64,000 nucleotides of DNA from Mytilus trossulus. Its lineage: Eukaryota. The notes under the pieces were generated by a model that saw only the letters and a program-made list of their open reading frames with translations, had not been told where the DNA came from and made no database searches. The position numbers and the translations under genes were made by a program. Shown in pieces: positions 1 to 14,300 of the stretch (positions are counted from its first letter, which is position 1; each line of letters starts with the position of its first letter). The stretch is from assembly GCF_036588685.1 (NCBI RefSeq), contig NC_086379.1:52452001-52516000 (forward strand), given 5' to 3'.

Positions 1-3000
1 AAAATTATTTTACAGAAGTTTTTTCTGACTTTTGAATAAAGATATACAAAAATCTTGATTACCAATAAAACCTAAGATTAGAAGTTTGGCAACAAACAGA
101 ACATTTTGAAAATAACACAAATTCTTAACTACATGAGCAAAAACTTTTTCTGCAATTGAAAGTGATTGGGTTGAAAATTTACTATTAAAATCATTTAAAA
201 TACTAGAATAAATTTTCAAAAATGCATAATTTCTGAAACAGGGTTATTTTGAAATACACAAATAAGCATTAGAAAAGTTCTGAATTAAGATTGTTTCTTC
301 GTTCTCTTTTCTTTCAAATACCAATCTGTTCAGGTTGAAGGAAGATTGTACACAAAAAAAAACACAATAGATTCCAAAGAGTACATGAAGTTTGTTCAAA
401 ATTCATAAAAAATCCATTCAAATTGTTGAAATAAGTGAATTTATTAGTTTAAACAAGTTTTAGCACAGTACAACCATTTTCCCCCTAATGGAAATTATAG
501 TTGACCTACCAACTGTTAATAATAGCTCCACTGATGAAAATCCTTTTGATATACAGTATACAAGTCTGATTGGTTGAAATTTGAAATATTCAAATGTTCA
601 AATTCAGTTACTTTAATACATATTTGTAGAGAAAGTTTAAAGTGTCTTTGTCCTTAGAGCTTAATTATACAATGTATAAGACACTAAACTAGCACAGCAA
701 ATGTAGGTTATTTTTTTTATAAAAAGTACCATGTAAGGTATTTCCTGAGATTTTTTATGAAATTTATGATATACAACCTATTCATATTGAAAAGTTTCAG
801 ATTAGAAATTAATAAAACAGTTAATAAATTTCGATAATAAATATTTGATGCAAATTTTGAAAATGAAGAACCTTTTCTTTAGGAATTTAATATCAAGAGT
901 TTATTTATTTTTGGAAAAAATATTTATACAGACCCTGTCTTAAACTTTTCATATAGTGGTGTCAAATATAAATCGAATAAAATCCACAAGGTGCCATTTG
1001 GTGTATAACATTTTTATGCCTATGTGTAAAACTAAAACCAACGAATGGGATATTTCATGACTGTTTTCTGGTTATATTTTTTTATCCATTATCCTTACTA
1101 AAACAAAATACAGGTTTTATACAGTCTAGATTTACATTTTGGAGGGAGCTATATCTTTATTTTACAATTCCCCTGAAATATCTGCTGACATTACTTAAAT
1201 ACAGATATACAACTGGTAGTCAAACTCCTAATCTGGAATTCCATAAAAAGAAACAGCATCTTCAATTCAAATTTTTATCACATTTTTTTCTCTCCACATA
1301 ATTAAAGTTCTGGAAGTGAGACATGGGTGATCTATTTGTGGCATGGCGGTCCAGAATTGTCAACATTTTAAAAGTTTAACTGGTAGGTCACACAGGTGTG
1401 ACATATCAGTGTTCACACTTTATTTTGGTTTTCTTGGCCGCTTTGTTGGACATTTTAGAAAATGGCATCTTGTGGATTAGTTTGTTCTATTTTAAAAACA
1501 AGGTTTTTGAAATAACAGTTTTGTATTTCAGATGAAAACAATGTCTTTAAGTTTTCTTTGATTAAATATTAAAATATGTTTTACTTTTTTTTCGTTTCAG
1601 TGAGGAAGCCATTGCAGGATGAGTGTGAATTGCCATTGTACATACAGATACATTTCCATTTTCTACTGACCATTGCGACAGAGAAATCTGCTGTTGAACA
1701 TTAATCTGTTATTGAGTCATTTCATATACTTGTTGATCCAATTGCTTGAACAATAAAATTGTATAAAGTTTTAAGTAATTTTTGTGTTGTAGCTTACATT
1801 TTACTAAAAAGATTTTTTTTATCATTATTTAGAAGTGAAATAGGGAGCAAAGAGCAGAAAATAGATGAAGGCTACCAATGAGACTTAACACTGAGAAAAT
1901 CCCACACACTGAGGCAGGCTTCAGCTGGCCCTTAAACAAAATGTGTATTTATTCAATGAAATTAAAACATTAAAGTAATTATTCATATAAAACTATTCAT
2001 CACCTGTCAAGTGATTCTCCTACATATTGACTTTGTCTAGAGTGGATGATTTCTATTCTTTTAACGAACTTTATTGGATGGAGCAAATATGTAGTTTTAT
2101 TCATCTTTCCTGTGCAAGTTTTAAACATGACTAAGGTGTGGTATTCCTTACATCAGTGTAATTATCAGACGTAACAGTATATGAATACATCTTAATACAA
2201 GTGAAGATAAAGGATGCTAACTGAAATACTATGTCTTGTAGAGTTATTTTATGATGAAATTTGTGAAAAGCATAATGACTCTGAAATGAAATTCCTCCAG
2301 TTAAAATATTTTGGCCTTATAATAAATAATAAAGAAATATAAAGCTGAAACATGTGAAAAGCATTAGCTGGAGTTTGGAAATGCCTTAAAAATTTTGGGA
2401 CCCTCATAAACATTGGTTTACAATTAACGGCAAACCAAAGGTAAAAGTGTTTGTTCAATGAGTAGCCTAAAAAGTGGTAAACCTAGTCTACCTCCTAACT
2501 GTTGAAAACCAGATTTGGCTAGAGTTTATTACAATCTTTAGTCTTAGAATATGATACATCAATTTTAAATTGCAGAAGAGAAAAGAGTAGTTTAGAACGA
2601 ACTCGACTTTATACCACCATTTATGCTACCTAAAATGAGGTCTATTGAAACACATGAGTTTGGGTTCTTAACAAATTATTACCAGTTCTGGTTGGATGTC
2701 GTCAAGAGATTGTCTTCTCATTATCTGTCGAGACAATTTCCACTTAAATCATACTGTTGTATCAGTGGAGTTTATCTTAATTAAAATCAATACATTGTAT
2801 ACTTACCACAGATTTATGTATAAATCTCGACCTTGATGCATACTAAACTACCGTAATTGATTAGAAATCCTTAGTTTTCTCTGTTGAATTTTGTTTATTG
2901 TTGTTTGTCTAGTTTAGTCTTTCCTTTGTGGTCATGGTGTTGTCAGTTATTTCTTACTTGATGAGTTTGAAAATTGCTTTGGTATCTTTAACATCTCTTT

Positions 3001-6000
3001 CTAAATCACAAGCTGTCGAAGAAAGATATAAGAAAATATGGTATGAGTGCCAATGAGACAACATCCAAGCCGCAATTTGGAAAAGTAAACCATAATAGGT
3101 CAAATTTTGGTCTTCAACACACAGCCTTGGCTCACACCGACCAGCATGCTATAAAGGGCACAAAAATTACTTGTGTAAACCGGTTTAAATGGAGAAAGTC
3201 TTTGTTATCAGGATACAGATTAGATAACATCTTAACTAAACAGAGGTAAGTGAAACCCCGCCCATTGCAAAGTTCTTGATAAATTTAAAAAACCAGTCCA
3301 ATAAATAACTTATTCCGGGAATATTTTGCGGGGACACAATCTTTATTATTGCCTGTACCTAAATAAAGGCAACAGTAGTATACCGCTGTTCAAAACTCAT
3401 AAATCCATGGACAAAAAACAAAATCGGGGCAACAAACCAAAACTGAGGGAAACGCTTTAAATATAAGAGGAGAACAACGACACAACACCGAAACGCAACA
3501 GCATACAGAAACGGACCAAGCAACAGACAATACACCACGAGAATAACAAATATAACATCAAAACCAAATACATGAATATGGGATAGACAAGTACCGTGCC
3601 ACGTCTTATCTAAAAAATAAGAGAAAACAGAAACGAACAATATTATAACAATGGCCATCTTCCTGACTTGGTACAGGACACCTTTAAAGGGGAATAAAAG
3701 TGATCCGTCTGCACCCGTATAAGATTCTCTACCTCATGTTTAAAAAAAATCAATTTGCAGCATTAATCAAGCATATGATAACCTCGAAAAGACTTTCTGC
3801 AAATGAATCAAATGTTTCACTAAACAACTGTTCCATCATCTAGGTACAAAACTAGAACATTCCAGGGCAATCCCCGCATTGCTGTCTCGATAATTCTTTC
3901 TTTGAAACGATGCTCCTGCGTTGCACAATCCAATTGGCATCGTAACATGTTGGTTTAAACCACCTTTGCATGTAGAACATGCAGTCTTTTCCTTATCTGT
4001 TGGATTCATAGGCACCTGATGATAACCCATACTAAGGTCCAAAACTGACATCCATTGGCTCAATTGAGTGCGTCTATATTAGCCTCTATTTAAGAAATCG
4101 GATATGCATCTTTGATCGTTTTTGTGTTCAATTTCCTGTAATCTACTTTTGATGATTACAACTTCTGCAGATTCAAATTGTGTATCTTCTCGGGTCAGCT
4201 CAGGGTTATACTCATCAAATGTTTCACTAAACACGGTTATATCGTCTAAGTACAAAACTAGACCATGTTTCTTCAATCTTAGCAATGCTGTTTCAATAAT
4301 TCTTTGAAACGATGCTCCTGTCTTGCACAATTCAAATTGCATCATTACATATTGATATAAACCATCTCCGAGAGTAGAAAATGCAGTCTTTTCCTTACAT
4401 GTTGGATTCATAGGCACCTGATGATAAGCAGTACTCAGATCCAAAACTGATATCTACTTGGCTCATTTGAGAGCGTCTTTATTATCCTCTATTCTATGGA
4501 TCGGATATGCGTCTTTGATCGCCTTAGTGTTCAATTTCCTGTCATCAACACACAGACGCCGGGGAAGATCTTTCTTTTGTACAAATATAAAGCCTGAAGA
4601 CTAGGGGCTATTGGACTTTTTCAATAAGTTTCTTATCCTCCAATTTCTTAATTACATCATCAATCGCCTGCCGTTTATATAGACGTATTCGTCTTGCAGG
4701 TTCCTTTGCTGGAATTTCTTCTTTTTAGTTTGATACTATACATACAAATTTTTGTCTTTCCTGGCTTTCCTACCGGATCATGGAAAGTAGCTCTATACTT
4801 AAGAAGAATCTATCTAACCCTTTCGTCTTCATTCTACGTGAGGTTTTCTCTTCCATCACTATACATTTCCACCTTATACTCGGGAATTTGTTGTGGATCC
4901 GTGTCCTTTTCAGAACATGACAAATAGTCCACTCATCAATTCAATATTACTTACAATTTTTTGGGCTGGAACAACCAATCCAATATGACTTCTTTTGTAA
5001 AGAATAATATCGGTATCACAAGGATTCAGGATCCTCGAATAAATATTCGACCGTGATGCATTCACTTTAACTCCTCCAATAGATAATCCATACTTCCTTA
5101 TGAAATTAGTATCAAGACATAAAATTCCAAACACTTTTGAATTTTCTCCAGCATAAACTTTTCTAGTGAGCTTCCCTTTTTCAAATTCAATTATTTATGT
5201 TTTGCAGGAATGTTCATGATTTTCATTGCTATAACACGACTAGTTTGCACATTGATACACTCTTGGCTCAAGCAGAGCTGCAAATCCGTGTATATATAAT
5301 TATACAGACCAATGACATTGATATTTTTAAATAAAACTGATGCCTTATAGATTTAGTTAACGCCTCTAACATAAATTGGAAATGCAGCTAACAATGCGCC
5401 CAAAAATAATGTTCATTTCAGCCATACATAAATTTATAGTGTACTTCCATCTGTAAATTCAAATTGTGTATCCTCTCGGGTCAGCACAGGTCTACACTCA
5501 TCAAATGTTTCACTAAACACGGTTATATCGTCTAGGTACAAAATTAGACAATCCTACTTCAATCTTAGCAATGCTGTTTCAATAATTCTTTGACACGATG
5601 CTCCTGCCTTGCACAATCCAAATGGCATCATTACATATTGATATTAACCATCTCCATGTGTAGACAATGCAGTCTTTCCTTATATGTTGGAGTCATAGGC
5701 ACCTGACTGTAAGCAATACTCAGATCCAAAACTGACATCTACTTGACTCATCTGAGGGCGTCTATATTATTCTCTTTTCTTTGGATCGAATATGCATCTT
5801 TGATTGCCTTAGTGTTCAATTTCCTGTAATCAATACAAAGACGCTAAGGAAGATCTTTATTTTGCATTAATATAAAGCCTGAAGACTAGGGCTATTGGAC
5901 TTTTCAATAAGTTTCTTAAACTCAAATTTCTTAATTACATCATCAATCGCCTGACGTTTTTATAGACGTATTCGTCTTGAAGGTTCCTTTACTGGAATTT

Positions 6001-7444
6001 CTTCTTTTTAATTTGATACTATACATACAAATTGTTGTCTTTCCTGATTAACCTTTTCACCTTCTCTCTATGTGAGGTTTTCTCTTTCATCACTACATTT
6101 CCTTCTTATATTCTGGAATTTGTTGTGGATCCGTGTCCATTTCCAGAATTTGACAAACAGTCCACTTCTCAATCGAATATCACTAACAAGTTTTTGAGCT
6201 GGAACAATTAATCCAATATAATTCTTTTGTAAAGAATAATATCTGGTTCACAAGGATTCAGGATCCTCGAATAAATATGCGACCGTGATGCGTTCACTAA
6301 AACTCCTCCAATAGATAATGCATGCTTCCTTATGAAATTAATATCAGGGCACAAATTCCAAACACTTCTGAATTCTCTTCAGCATACACTATTCTTGTGA
6401 GCTTCGCTTTTACGATTATTTCATGTCTCGCAGGAATGATTATGCTTACCATTGCTATAACAGGACTAGATCGCACATGGGCACACTCTTGGTCAAACGG
6501 AGCTGCAATTTCGTTAATATCTAATGATCCCGAGTTCAAAGTCCATTGGCATCGATATTTTTTAAATAAAACATTAACCGCCTAATAGATTTAGTTTCAC
6601 ACCTCAATTATAAATTGGAAATGCAGCACAAAATTCGCAAAAATAATAAAGTTCATTACAGCCGTACCTAAAATATTCAGTGTACTTACATCTGCAGTTT
6701 TAAACTGTGTATCTTCTCAGTTGAGCACAGGTCTACTCTTCGGTATAATACTATAGTTGCTCTTTTCTGGGATAAATGTTCTCCTGGATCCTGTATCAAC
6801 TTTCCAAGTTATAGCGGATCCTTCAATCATTCCATATATCATCATCCTTTTCATACTAGCTATCACGGCTACATTATCTTGCCTGTTGTTCGTTTTTAAA
6901 TCTTCACTGTTCGGATTTTAGGGTTCAGGTTGGCTGTCATGGCTTGAATGGCATTATTCCTTTTAGAATCGTCTAGTGAATATCCTGCATATTCACATGT
7001 ATCCCGTCTAGACATACTTGCTCACTGGAAACATGAATATCAACACTTGTGCTAAGTCTCAAATAGGCTGCGGTCGAAGCATGACATACTAATCCGACTG
7101 TGATCCGTTTAAATGTGATACTACCTTTTCTCCCTCTGTTTTTACAGGCGGAACACTTGTTAACGACTGAAATCGACCACACTTGCTTCTGTAATGTCCA
7201 ATTTCACCACATTTATAACATGTAACACTACCTTTGCTACTTTGTGGTGATTTGAGGTATTTTGAAAGCATCATCCTCTTTGTGCTGAGTTTTTGATTTT
7301 TTCCCCTTGAATATTGATCCTTGTTTTTAGTTTCAACGGAATACACATTCTTTTTCATCTAATTCTTTTCCAAAGCCTGATACATTCTTTCTCCATGGCA
7401 CTCGTCACATCATCTTGTAAAGTTTTAAATCCAAAACGTCTAAC

Positions 7445-8710
7445 TAAGGAAGATAGATAAGAAGTTATCAATATCCTTTAACTTTACTTTCCGCTAGATT
7501 ATTTTCTCTCTCCAAATAATTCAAAAGTTGGTGACTGTTGGACGCTTCTATCCAATCGGAATAGAGATAAAGGATACAACAGATACAGTAAAGTCGGCCT
7601 CATATCTTGACTTATATCTAGAAATTGACAATGAGGGTCGGTTGAAAACAAAACGACAAATGAGATAATTTCAGCTTTCCTATTGTGAACTTTCCATATC
7701 TGAATGGTCTAGAACCTGATTATGTATCTATTAAATTTACTGCTTGTGCTGATCTTTATAATTATTGTCTGAGGTCGACAACATCAGGACTTCTTCGTGT
7801 ACCAAGACCTAATTCTATTATTTTTTTTAAAAACATTTTAATATTCTGGTCTTATTACCTGGAATAATTTACCAAATAATATTAAAGAAATAGATAATTT
7901 AGGTAATTTAAGACCAACTGTTCAAACTATTTTCTAACTGAATAGAATGAAGATGCACGAAACTAATGTATTTTTTTCTTCTTCTATACTGAATGCATAT
8001 GTACTTATTCAATATTTAAGCTGCTATATTTAACTGTATTATGTATTTTATTTTGTATGTATTTTTTTTTCCGTTTTCTTATTTGTATTAATAGTTTTTG
8101 AAGGTCTCATGGAAGATTAACATGTAATTGTTAAATGTGCTACCTTCGTTAAATAAAGAATTTTATTATTATTAATATAGCTACATTCCAGCAGCACCTG
8201 CATACGGGGTATATATCTCCCAATTGATACGACATTCCCGTGCTTGTATTTTCTATCATGATTTTCTTGATAGAGGGTGGCTGCTCACAAGGAAGCTATT
8301 TAACCAAGAATTCCAAACGTTAAGTTAAATAATCTCTTCGTAAATGTTACGGACGACACGACATCACGAGTTGGTTGACCGTCATGAAATAACCGTTTCA
8401 CAGATGATATCGGATATGTTCCTTACGTCGTTACTATAATGCCCTTCTCTTTTAGAATGTGACCTACCGAATTATACTTCTTATCGGATTTGTTATATTA
8501 AAATGAGCAACATGACGGGTGCCACATGTGGAGCAGGATAAGATCGCCCCTAGTTTTTGGTGGGGTTCGTGTTGCTTATTCTGTATTTTTATATGTTGTG
8601 TCATGTGTACTATTGTTTGTCTGTTTGTCTTTTTTCATTTTTAGCTATGGCGTTTATTTTCGATTTATGAGTTTGGCTGTCCCTCTGGTATCTTTCGTCC
8701 CTCTTTTTTT
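7445..8710 (+). mobile_element. Penelope-like retroelement RT C-terminal fragment with attached repeat tail, inserted in Gypsy gag
   Basis: Reads EIKDTTDTVKSASYLDLYLEIDNEGRLKTK...FSFPIVNFPYL up to ~7701 and resumes at ~8176 with YIPAAPAYGVYISQLIRHSRAC...DFLDRG.LLTRKLFNQEF. This resembles the RT thumb region of Penelope-like elements. The catalytic FRYIDD region (~7480-7505) is degenerate. Confidence 0.7.
7702..8174 (+). mobile_element. 5'-truncated CR1/L2-type LINE 3' end
   Basis: LNGLEPDY...YCLRS...LLRVPRPN... then, after a frameshift, YSG.ITWNNLPNNIKEIDNL, a typical CR1/L2 ORF2 C-terminus. It is followed by a 3'UTR, AATAAA and a (TTA)n tail, and it splits the Penelope-like frame. Confidence 0.7.
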
Positions 8711-9993
8711 CTTTGGTAGTCTTAACTCCTCTGATTCACCACAAGCATCAATGAAAGTCTTAATACTATTTTCCTGAACTGTGTCTGAACTAGCAGTACT
8801 TTTATTTTATCGACGTTACTTTCAAATAAAATCGACAATATTTTAACGAGAACTGCAAATAAAGTAAGCTGCAACATAAACAATGATTCAAATGTATCTG
8901 TTTGCTTTCAACAAAGCAGGATACATGATAGACATGCGAATACTATTTTGTATCTATATACTAGTAGTAAAATGGTCGACTGCAGGATACAGAAGTTCTT
9001 CCAGCTACAGAAAAAACACACTTACTATACAAATCCTTGATGAACTAAATTAAATGTATTATAGTGACATTCGCCATCAGTGATCGCTGTGGATAGTAAA
9101 CTTAGAACTGATAGTAAACTTGGAATTGATGGTAAAAAGCAAATACAAGTTATTTATAGTTAATTTATTTTCATATTATACAGTAAAACGCAAAAATAAT
9201 TGTTATCAACGAAAAACAACAACAGTGATTTTTGAAAAAAGGGGGAGGGATAAAAAAAATATCCTGTCCCCAAGAACCTAGACTCGCTTTAGGGTCTATA
9301 AATTTGAAAACAGTCTATACAAAAAAAATGCGTGAAAAGAGCTCTTTTCGTTTGAAATTTATGTTATACTTTTCAGAAATTCAAAAGTTGAAAAAACGAT
9401 TTACACATTTATATGAATCAAGCAGTTTCAATCTGGAATATCTCGATTGCCAATTACACGGACCACCAGGTGTAATGAACTGTATACCTGAATCAAACAC
9501 AATCATATTTTCCCGGTATCAAACTTTATAAATTTACCTTTATAGTTACCTTGACATCATTCTGTATGCATCGGATTTGTACCTTTATAAAAATGTTGGA
9601 GTGGGAAATTTGAATTTATAAACAAGTAATATACTACCGTAAGTTTTGTTTATTATTAGTATTAATTCTGAACGTTCTCTATGAAAAGAATATGATTGGT
9701 TCGTCGAATCATTTTTGAACAAGGAATTTTTTTACCCATTCACACCTACACGTTTTTTTGTAGTTTTCTATTTCTCAATCATGATTGGTGAAAATGATAA
9801 TATCCGAAATATTTGTATTTTTTATGTTCTTGTTTTTAGTGAGTTGTTAAAAAAATTGCTTATAGTAGTTGTAAATAGACTGTTAGAGTGACATTTCTGT
9901 CGTTGAGTGCGTGTTTGAGGTCCTTTTTCCATGACTTGTCCTATAATTTTTCTTGTTGGATATGGACCTACTTTAGAAACCTTTATAATGTTT

Positions 9994-10158
9994 CAGTGAC
10001 GGATCCAGAAATTTTCATAAGTGGGGGCCCACAGACTGCCTAAGAGGGGGCCCGCTCCAGTCACGCACAGTCACGGATTCCCTATATATGAGCAACCATT
10101 GTTTTCCCCAAAAAGGGGGGACAGGCCCCCTGCCCCTCCCCCTCTAAATCCGCCTTTG
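9994..10158. mobile_element. Short MITE-like element
   Basis: Imperfect terminal inverted repeats CAGTGACGGAT...ATCCGCCTTTG around a GC-rich GGGGGCCC-containing core in AT-rich DNA. No clean TSD. Confidence 0.55.
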
Positions 10159-11351
10159 AAGTTGTTCAGATAAACTATGTCTTATCTTATCTTAATGTGT
10201 TCCATTTTTTACGTAATTCATCTTTATAATTTTAACTTCATACATTTTTTCATGTAATGCATTTTTTTGTTCTAAGATGTAACATGTAACCTTTAATAAC
10301 CTGTATGTCGTGCTGTCTTTTTATTCTTACTGTCAAAGACAATTCCACAGTTCATTCATATACACGAATTAGTACTGTTATTCAACGATAGCCAACTTAG
10401 TTTTCTCTATTGTTTCAAATTCTCCTACGCGGCTTTTTAAAGCGGACTATACGGTATGGATGTTTCTCGTACGGTTGCCTATAATTGCTTACATCCACTT
10501 CATTTGAATAGTTTTTTCATTGGCAAACATATACTACATTTCGTTATCTTATAAAATATCTGAAAAGAAAACCCATGCAGCTTCATTTTCGGCATGTCCG
10601 ACAGATAAAACAAGTTTTTGAGTGAATATTTCTTTTTTCATTTCTTTTTGATAAAACCTTCAAAATTCTCAAAATGTTCAAGTCATTAAAATGTTGAATA
10701 ATTTGGTTAGAGGTTGAAGAATACAAAAATGCTGTTACAACTTCAAATAGACCTGGGAACAGTATATCTAACAATATATATGTTCCTTAATAGACTCATA
10801 AAGATGTGATATTGCGATTGATTGATTAATTGTTTGGTTTATTGATTGGTTGGTTGACACGTTTGATTGATTGATTGTTACTAAAACTTTCAAAATGAAA
10901 CAAATTCATTTTTATTTTACACAAAATTGTATGGTTTTTACTATTCACTACACATACATATGGTTCAATATTTTAAAGACATACGTACAGTTCTCTGAGC
11001 ACAGTGTACTATGCTCTGATCTCAATGGTTTATATTTGTTGTCATGGCAAATACTCTAGAACTATTGAAATCAATATATCAAAAAGGTGTGGGTGATTAA
11101 GAAAGAGAATTAAGACTGACTGAAAAGGGTATGTATATAGCGACCTACGAACCTCACCTTTGACATTTAAACAAACAGCAACCAATCAATCAACGGAACT
11201 TGAGTTTTAAATGTGCTTCAATGTACAACAGGGTGGCACTTTTCAAATAATTTGGATGGAGAGACGTTGGGAACGACATTAACTTGCTAATTACTTTTAA
11301 TATTATCATGTCAACCCAGTTCTTGTTTTATCATAGAATCTGTTTACAACA

Positions 11352-14300
11352 ATGACTAAAAGGAGAGCGAAAGAACAGAAAGTGCCAGAAGAACCAGAAG
11401 AAAGGTAAGCACTTTTAATTTGTTGCCTCTAATGCTCTATTTCAGGCATACACAAAGTTGCAATTCAGTTATTACATACATATATGTCATATCGACTCGA
11501 TAAATCATAACAGAGGATGGAGTGATTTTCAATGGTTGGTTGTTGCTGACAGAGAGAATGTACCAAGGATGCAATTTAAAGCATAATCAATTTAAAAAAA
11601 AAGACAACACAACGGCAAAGAACGAAAACGAAAAAGGACAGACGACACTATTTTAACATTACACAGAAAACCAAAGATTGGACAAGACGAACCCAACCAA
11701 AAAACGTACGGTGAACTCGTGTGCTGGCCTGGCAAGCAGTTTCTGTTCCACGTGTGGCATCCATCATGTTGCTCATTCATCAATATATAACTGATGATAA
11801 AATGTTAGGAGAAAAAAAATTATATTTAATCTATATTTATCCTCCTTATCCATTTCGTGATCAATTTGTTAAATGCACACGTCGAATAGTGTATGCAGCG
11901 TATCATTGGTGACTATGGTCATTTCATTCGGACAGATAAAATCAAACGTTGCTTGTGCAATAGATTAGTAGAAATGCAGACCTCATTATGATTTCAAATA
12001 CTAGAAGCAAATTTAAGTAATCCATACATTTTTGTATGTCAAACGCTCTGAAAACTGCACAAAGCCTGCATGGCGTCATGGCTCTATCAGGCTAATGAAG
12101 GAAGTACAAGTAGTTGAAAATGCGCCTACAAACTCAAATTAGTCGGAATTCATTTGTAAACTTAAAATCAGTGTTCACTGATGATATACACATGCTGCTA
12201 AAAACTCATTTTCAGATGCAAATCATTTAAATCAATATGTATTTTCAACGAAAACCAAAACTACAGATTCCGACTGCAGTAGATTTAAAAAGTTACTCAG
12301 AGCTTATATTGTTCGAAAATTATGCACGTAGACTTCAAGTTAGAATAAACTTTTGACTTGACTTTGATTTTTAACAGCTCGAGTATGCAGATATATTTTT
12401 AATTTCAATATTCAAAGAAAGGAATTCATAAGGGACGACATCAAAAGATCGATGTAGGATAAAAAAAAAAACTTAAATCAAATAGTTTGGGGGTGGGGGT
12501 CAACATTGCTGGAAGTTTTGTTAATCTAAAATCGATTTTACATATATCCCTATTGGTCAATCAATTTTTCACAAATTAAGTTAAGAGGGGGGGGGGGGGG
12601 GGGGGGGGGGGGTCAGTGAAAAAACTGTGAATTAAGTTTTTTATCCTTCATTGAACTTTTGATGTTGTCCCTTAGTGATTTCAGTGCTTTCTTTGGATAG
12701 TTAAATTAAAAACCAATAAGGTCAAGTGGACACATTCTAATCGTGTATTGCAATTATAATTATTCACATGTGCAACTATATAGACCAACTATATACAACA
12801 ACAAGTTAAAAACAATTTTTATTTATAAGAGCACCCTTTTACTTTTTTATAGATACTTCCTGAATCCAGAGTCAGTCAGTTCTCACTTATTTTGTTCTAT
12901 ATGTCAGGATGTTTTCAACCAGCCATACAGAGCTCCATGTGGTCATAGTTTCTGCAAAGCAGTAAGTGATGGAAAGATACATTCAATAGTTAAAATAATA
13001 CTCTGAATGTCCAATGGTTTCAGACCGGTCTATATCGTTCGCCTGGTTGCATGAGTTTACCAAAAGCAACTATTTAGTAGTACTTTTAGATTGATGAGGT
13101 TGAGCAGTCCTCTAACGGGTCACCCTGGGGCAATATTTTTCTTTTATATTTGTATTCTCCTTTTTTAGTGAGCTTTTCTCATCACTTGGCGTCCGTCGTT
13201 TGTCGTCGTCCGTCGTCGTCCTGCGTTAACTTTTACAAAAATCTTCTCCTCTGAAACTACTTGGCCAAATTTCACCAAACTTGGCCACAATCATCATTGG
13301 GGTATCTAGTTTGAAATGAGTCCGGTGACCTGGTCAACCAACCAAGATGGCTGCCATGGCTAAAAATAGAACATAGGGATAAAACTGCCGATTTTTGCAT
13401 ACAACTCAAAAACCAAAGCATTTAGAGCAAATCTGACAGGAGGTAAAATTGTTTCTCAGGTCAAGATCTATTTGCCCTGAAATTTTTAGATGAATCCGAC
13501 AACCTTTTGTTTGGTTGCTGCCCCTGAATAAGTAATTTAAGGAAATTTTGCCGTTTTTGGTTATATCTTGAATAATATTATTATAGATAAAGATAAACTG
13601 TAAGCAGCAATAATGTTAAGCAAAGTAAGATTTACAAATAAGTCAATATGATCGAAATGGTCAGGTGACCCCCTAAGGAGTTATTGCCTTTTATAGTCAA
13701 TTTTTAACCATTTTTGTAAATCTTAGTTATCTTTTACAAAAATCTTCTCCTCTGCAAATACTGGGCCAAATTAATTTAAACTTGGCCACAATCATCTTTG
13801 GGTTATCTAGTTTAAAAAATGTGTCCGATGACCCGGCCATCCAACCAAGCTGGCCACCACAGCTAAAAATAGAACATAGGGGTAAAATGCAGTTTTTTGC
13901 TAATAACTCAAAAATCAAAGCATTTAGAGCAAATCGGATGGAGGTTTAACTCTTTATCAGGTCAAGATCTATCTGCCCTGAAATTTTCAGATGAATCGGA
14001 CAACCTTTTGTTGGGTTGCTGCCCCTGAATTTGGTAATTTAAAGGAAATATTGCCGTTTTTGGTATTATCTTGAATATTATTATAGATAAAGATAAACTG
14101 TAAACAGCAAAAATGTTCAGCAAAGTAAGATTTACAAATAAGCCAAATTGACCGAAATGGTCAATTGACCCCCTAGGGAGTTATTGCCCCTTATAGTCAA
14201 TTTTTAACAATTTACATAAAATTTGTTAATTTTTACTAACATTTTCAACTGAAACAACTGGGCCAAGTTCATTATAGGTAGAGATAATTGTAAGCAGCAA

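Larger units (their letters stand above)
3705..8785 (-). mobile_element. Degenerate Ty3/Gypsy LTR retrotransposon internal region (gag-protease-RT), rearranged and interrupted
   Basis: Minus-strand motifs: gag-like SIKTFIDACGESEELRL (~8715-8775) continuing as FKTLQDDVTSAMEKE (~7385-7430); CCHC knuckle CYKCGEIGHYRSKC (~7180-7222); aspartic protease WKVDTGSRRTFI (~6772-6810); RT motifs DL..AYHQVPM..KEKTAFST, MxxxLCxxGASFQR and YLDD (three copies, ~3840, ~4245, ~5530). Many frameshifts and stops. No RNase H, integrase or LTR seen. Confidence 0.9.

Noticed and set aside
1601-1703. Possible terminal exon after a good acceptor (TTTTTTTCGTTTCAG)
   Set aside because: Short frames with no recognisable motif and no linked upstream exon in the window; cannot be supported.
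3705-8785. Active or domesticated retroelement, or a novel multi-RT system
   Set aside because: All three RT copies are frameshifted and truncated after YLDD, and there is no long ORF.
9540-9800. Possible non-coding first exon or promoter of the RING gene (GTAAGT at ~9639, ATTGG boxes, TTTGAA CHR-like sites; acceptor before 11338)
   Set aside because: Short motifs expected by chance in AT-rich DNA; needs 5' transcript data.
12743-12852. Alternative start for the headless RING copies in the open frame upstream of exon 2
   Set aside because: The ORF begins at GTG, has no ATG, and has intron-like composition ending in a canonical acceptor.
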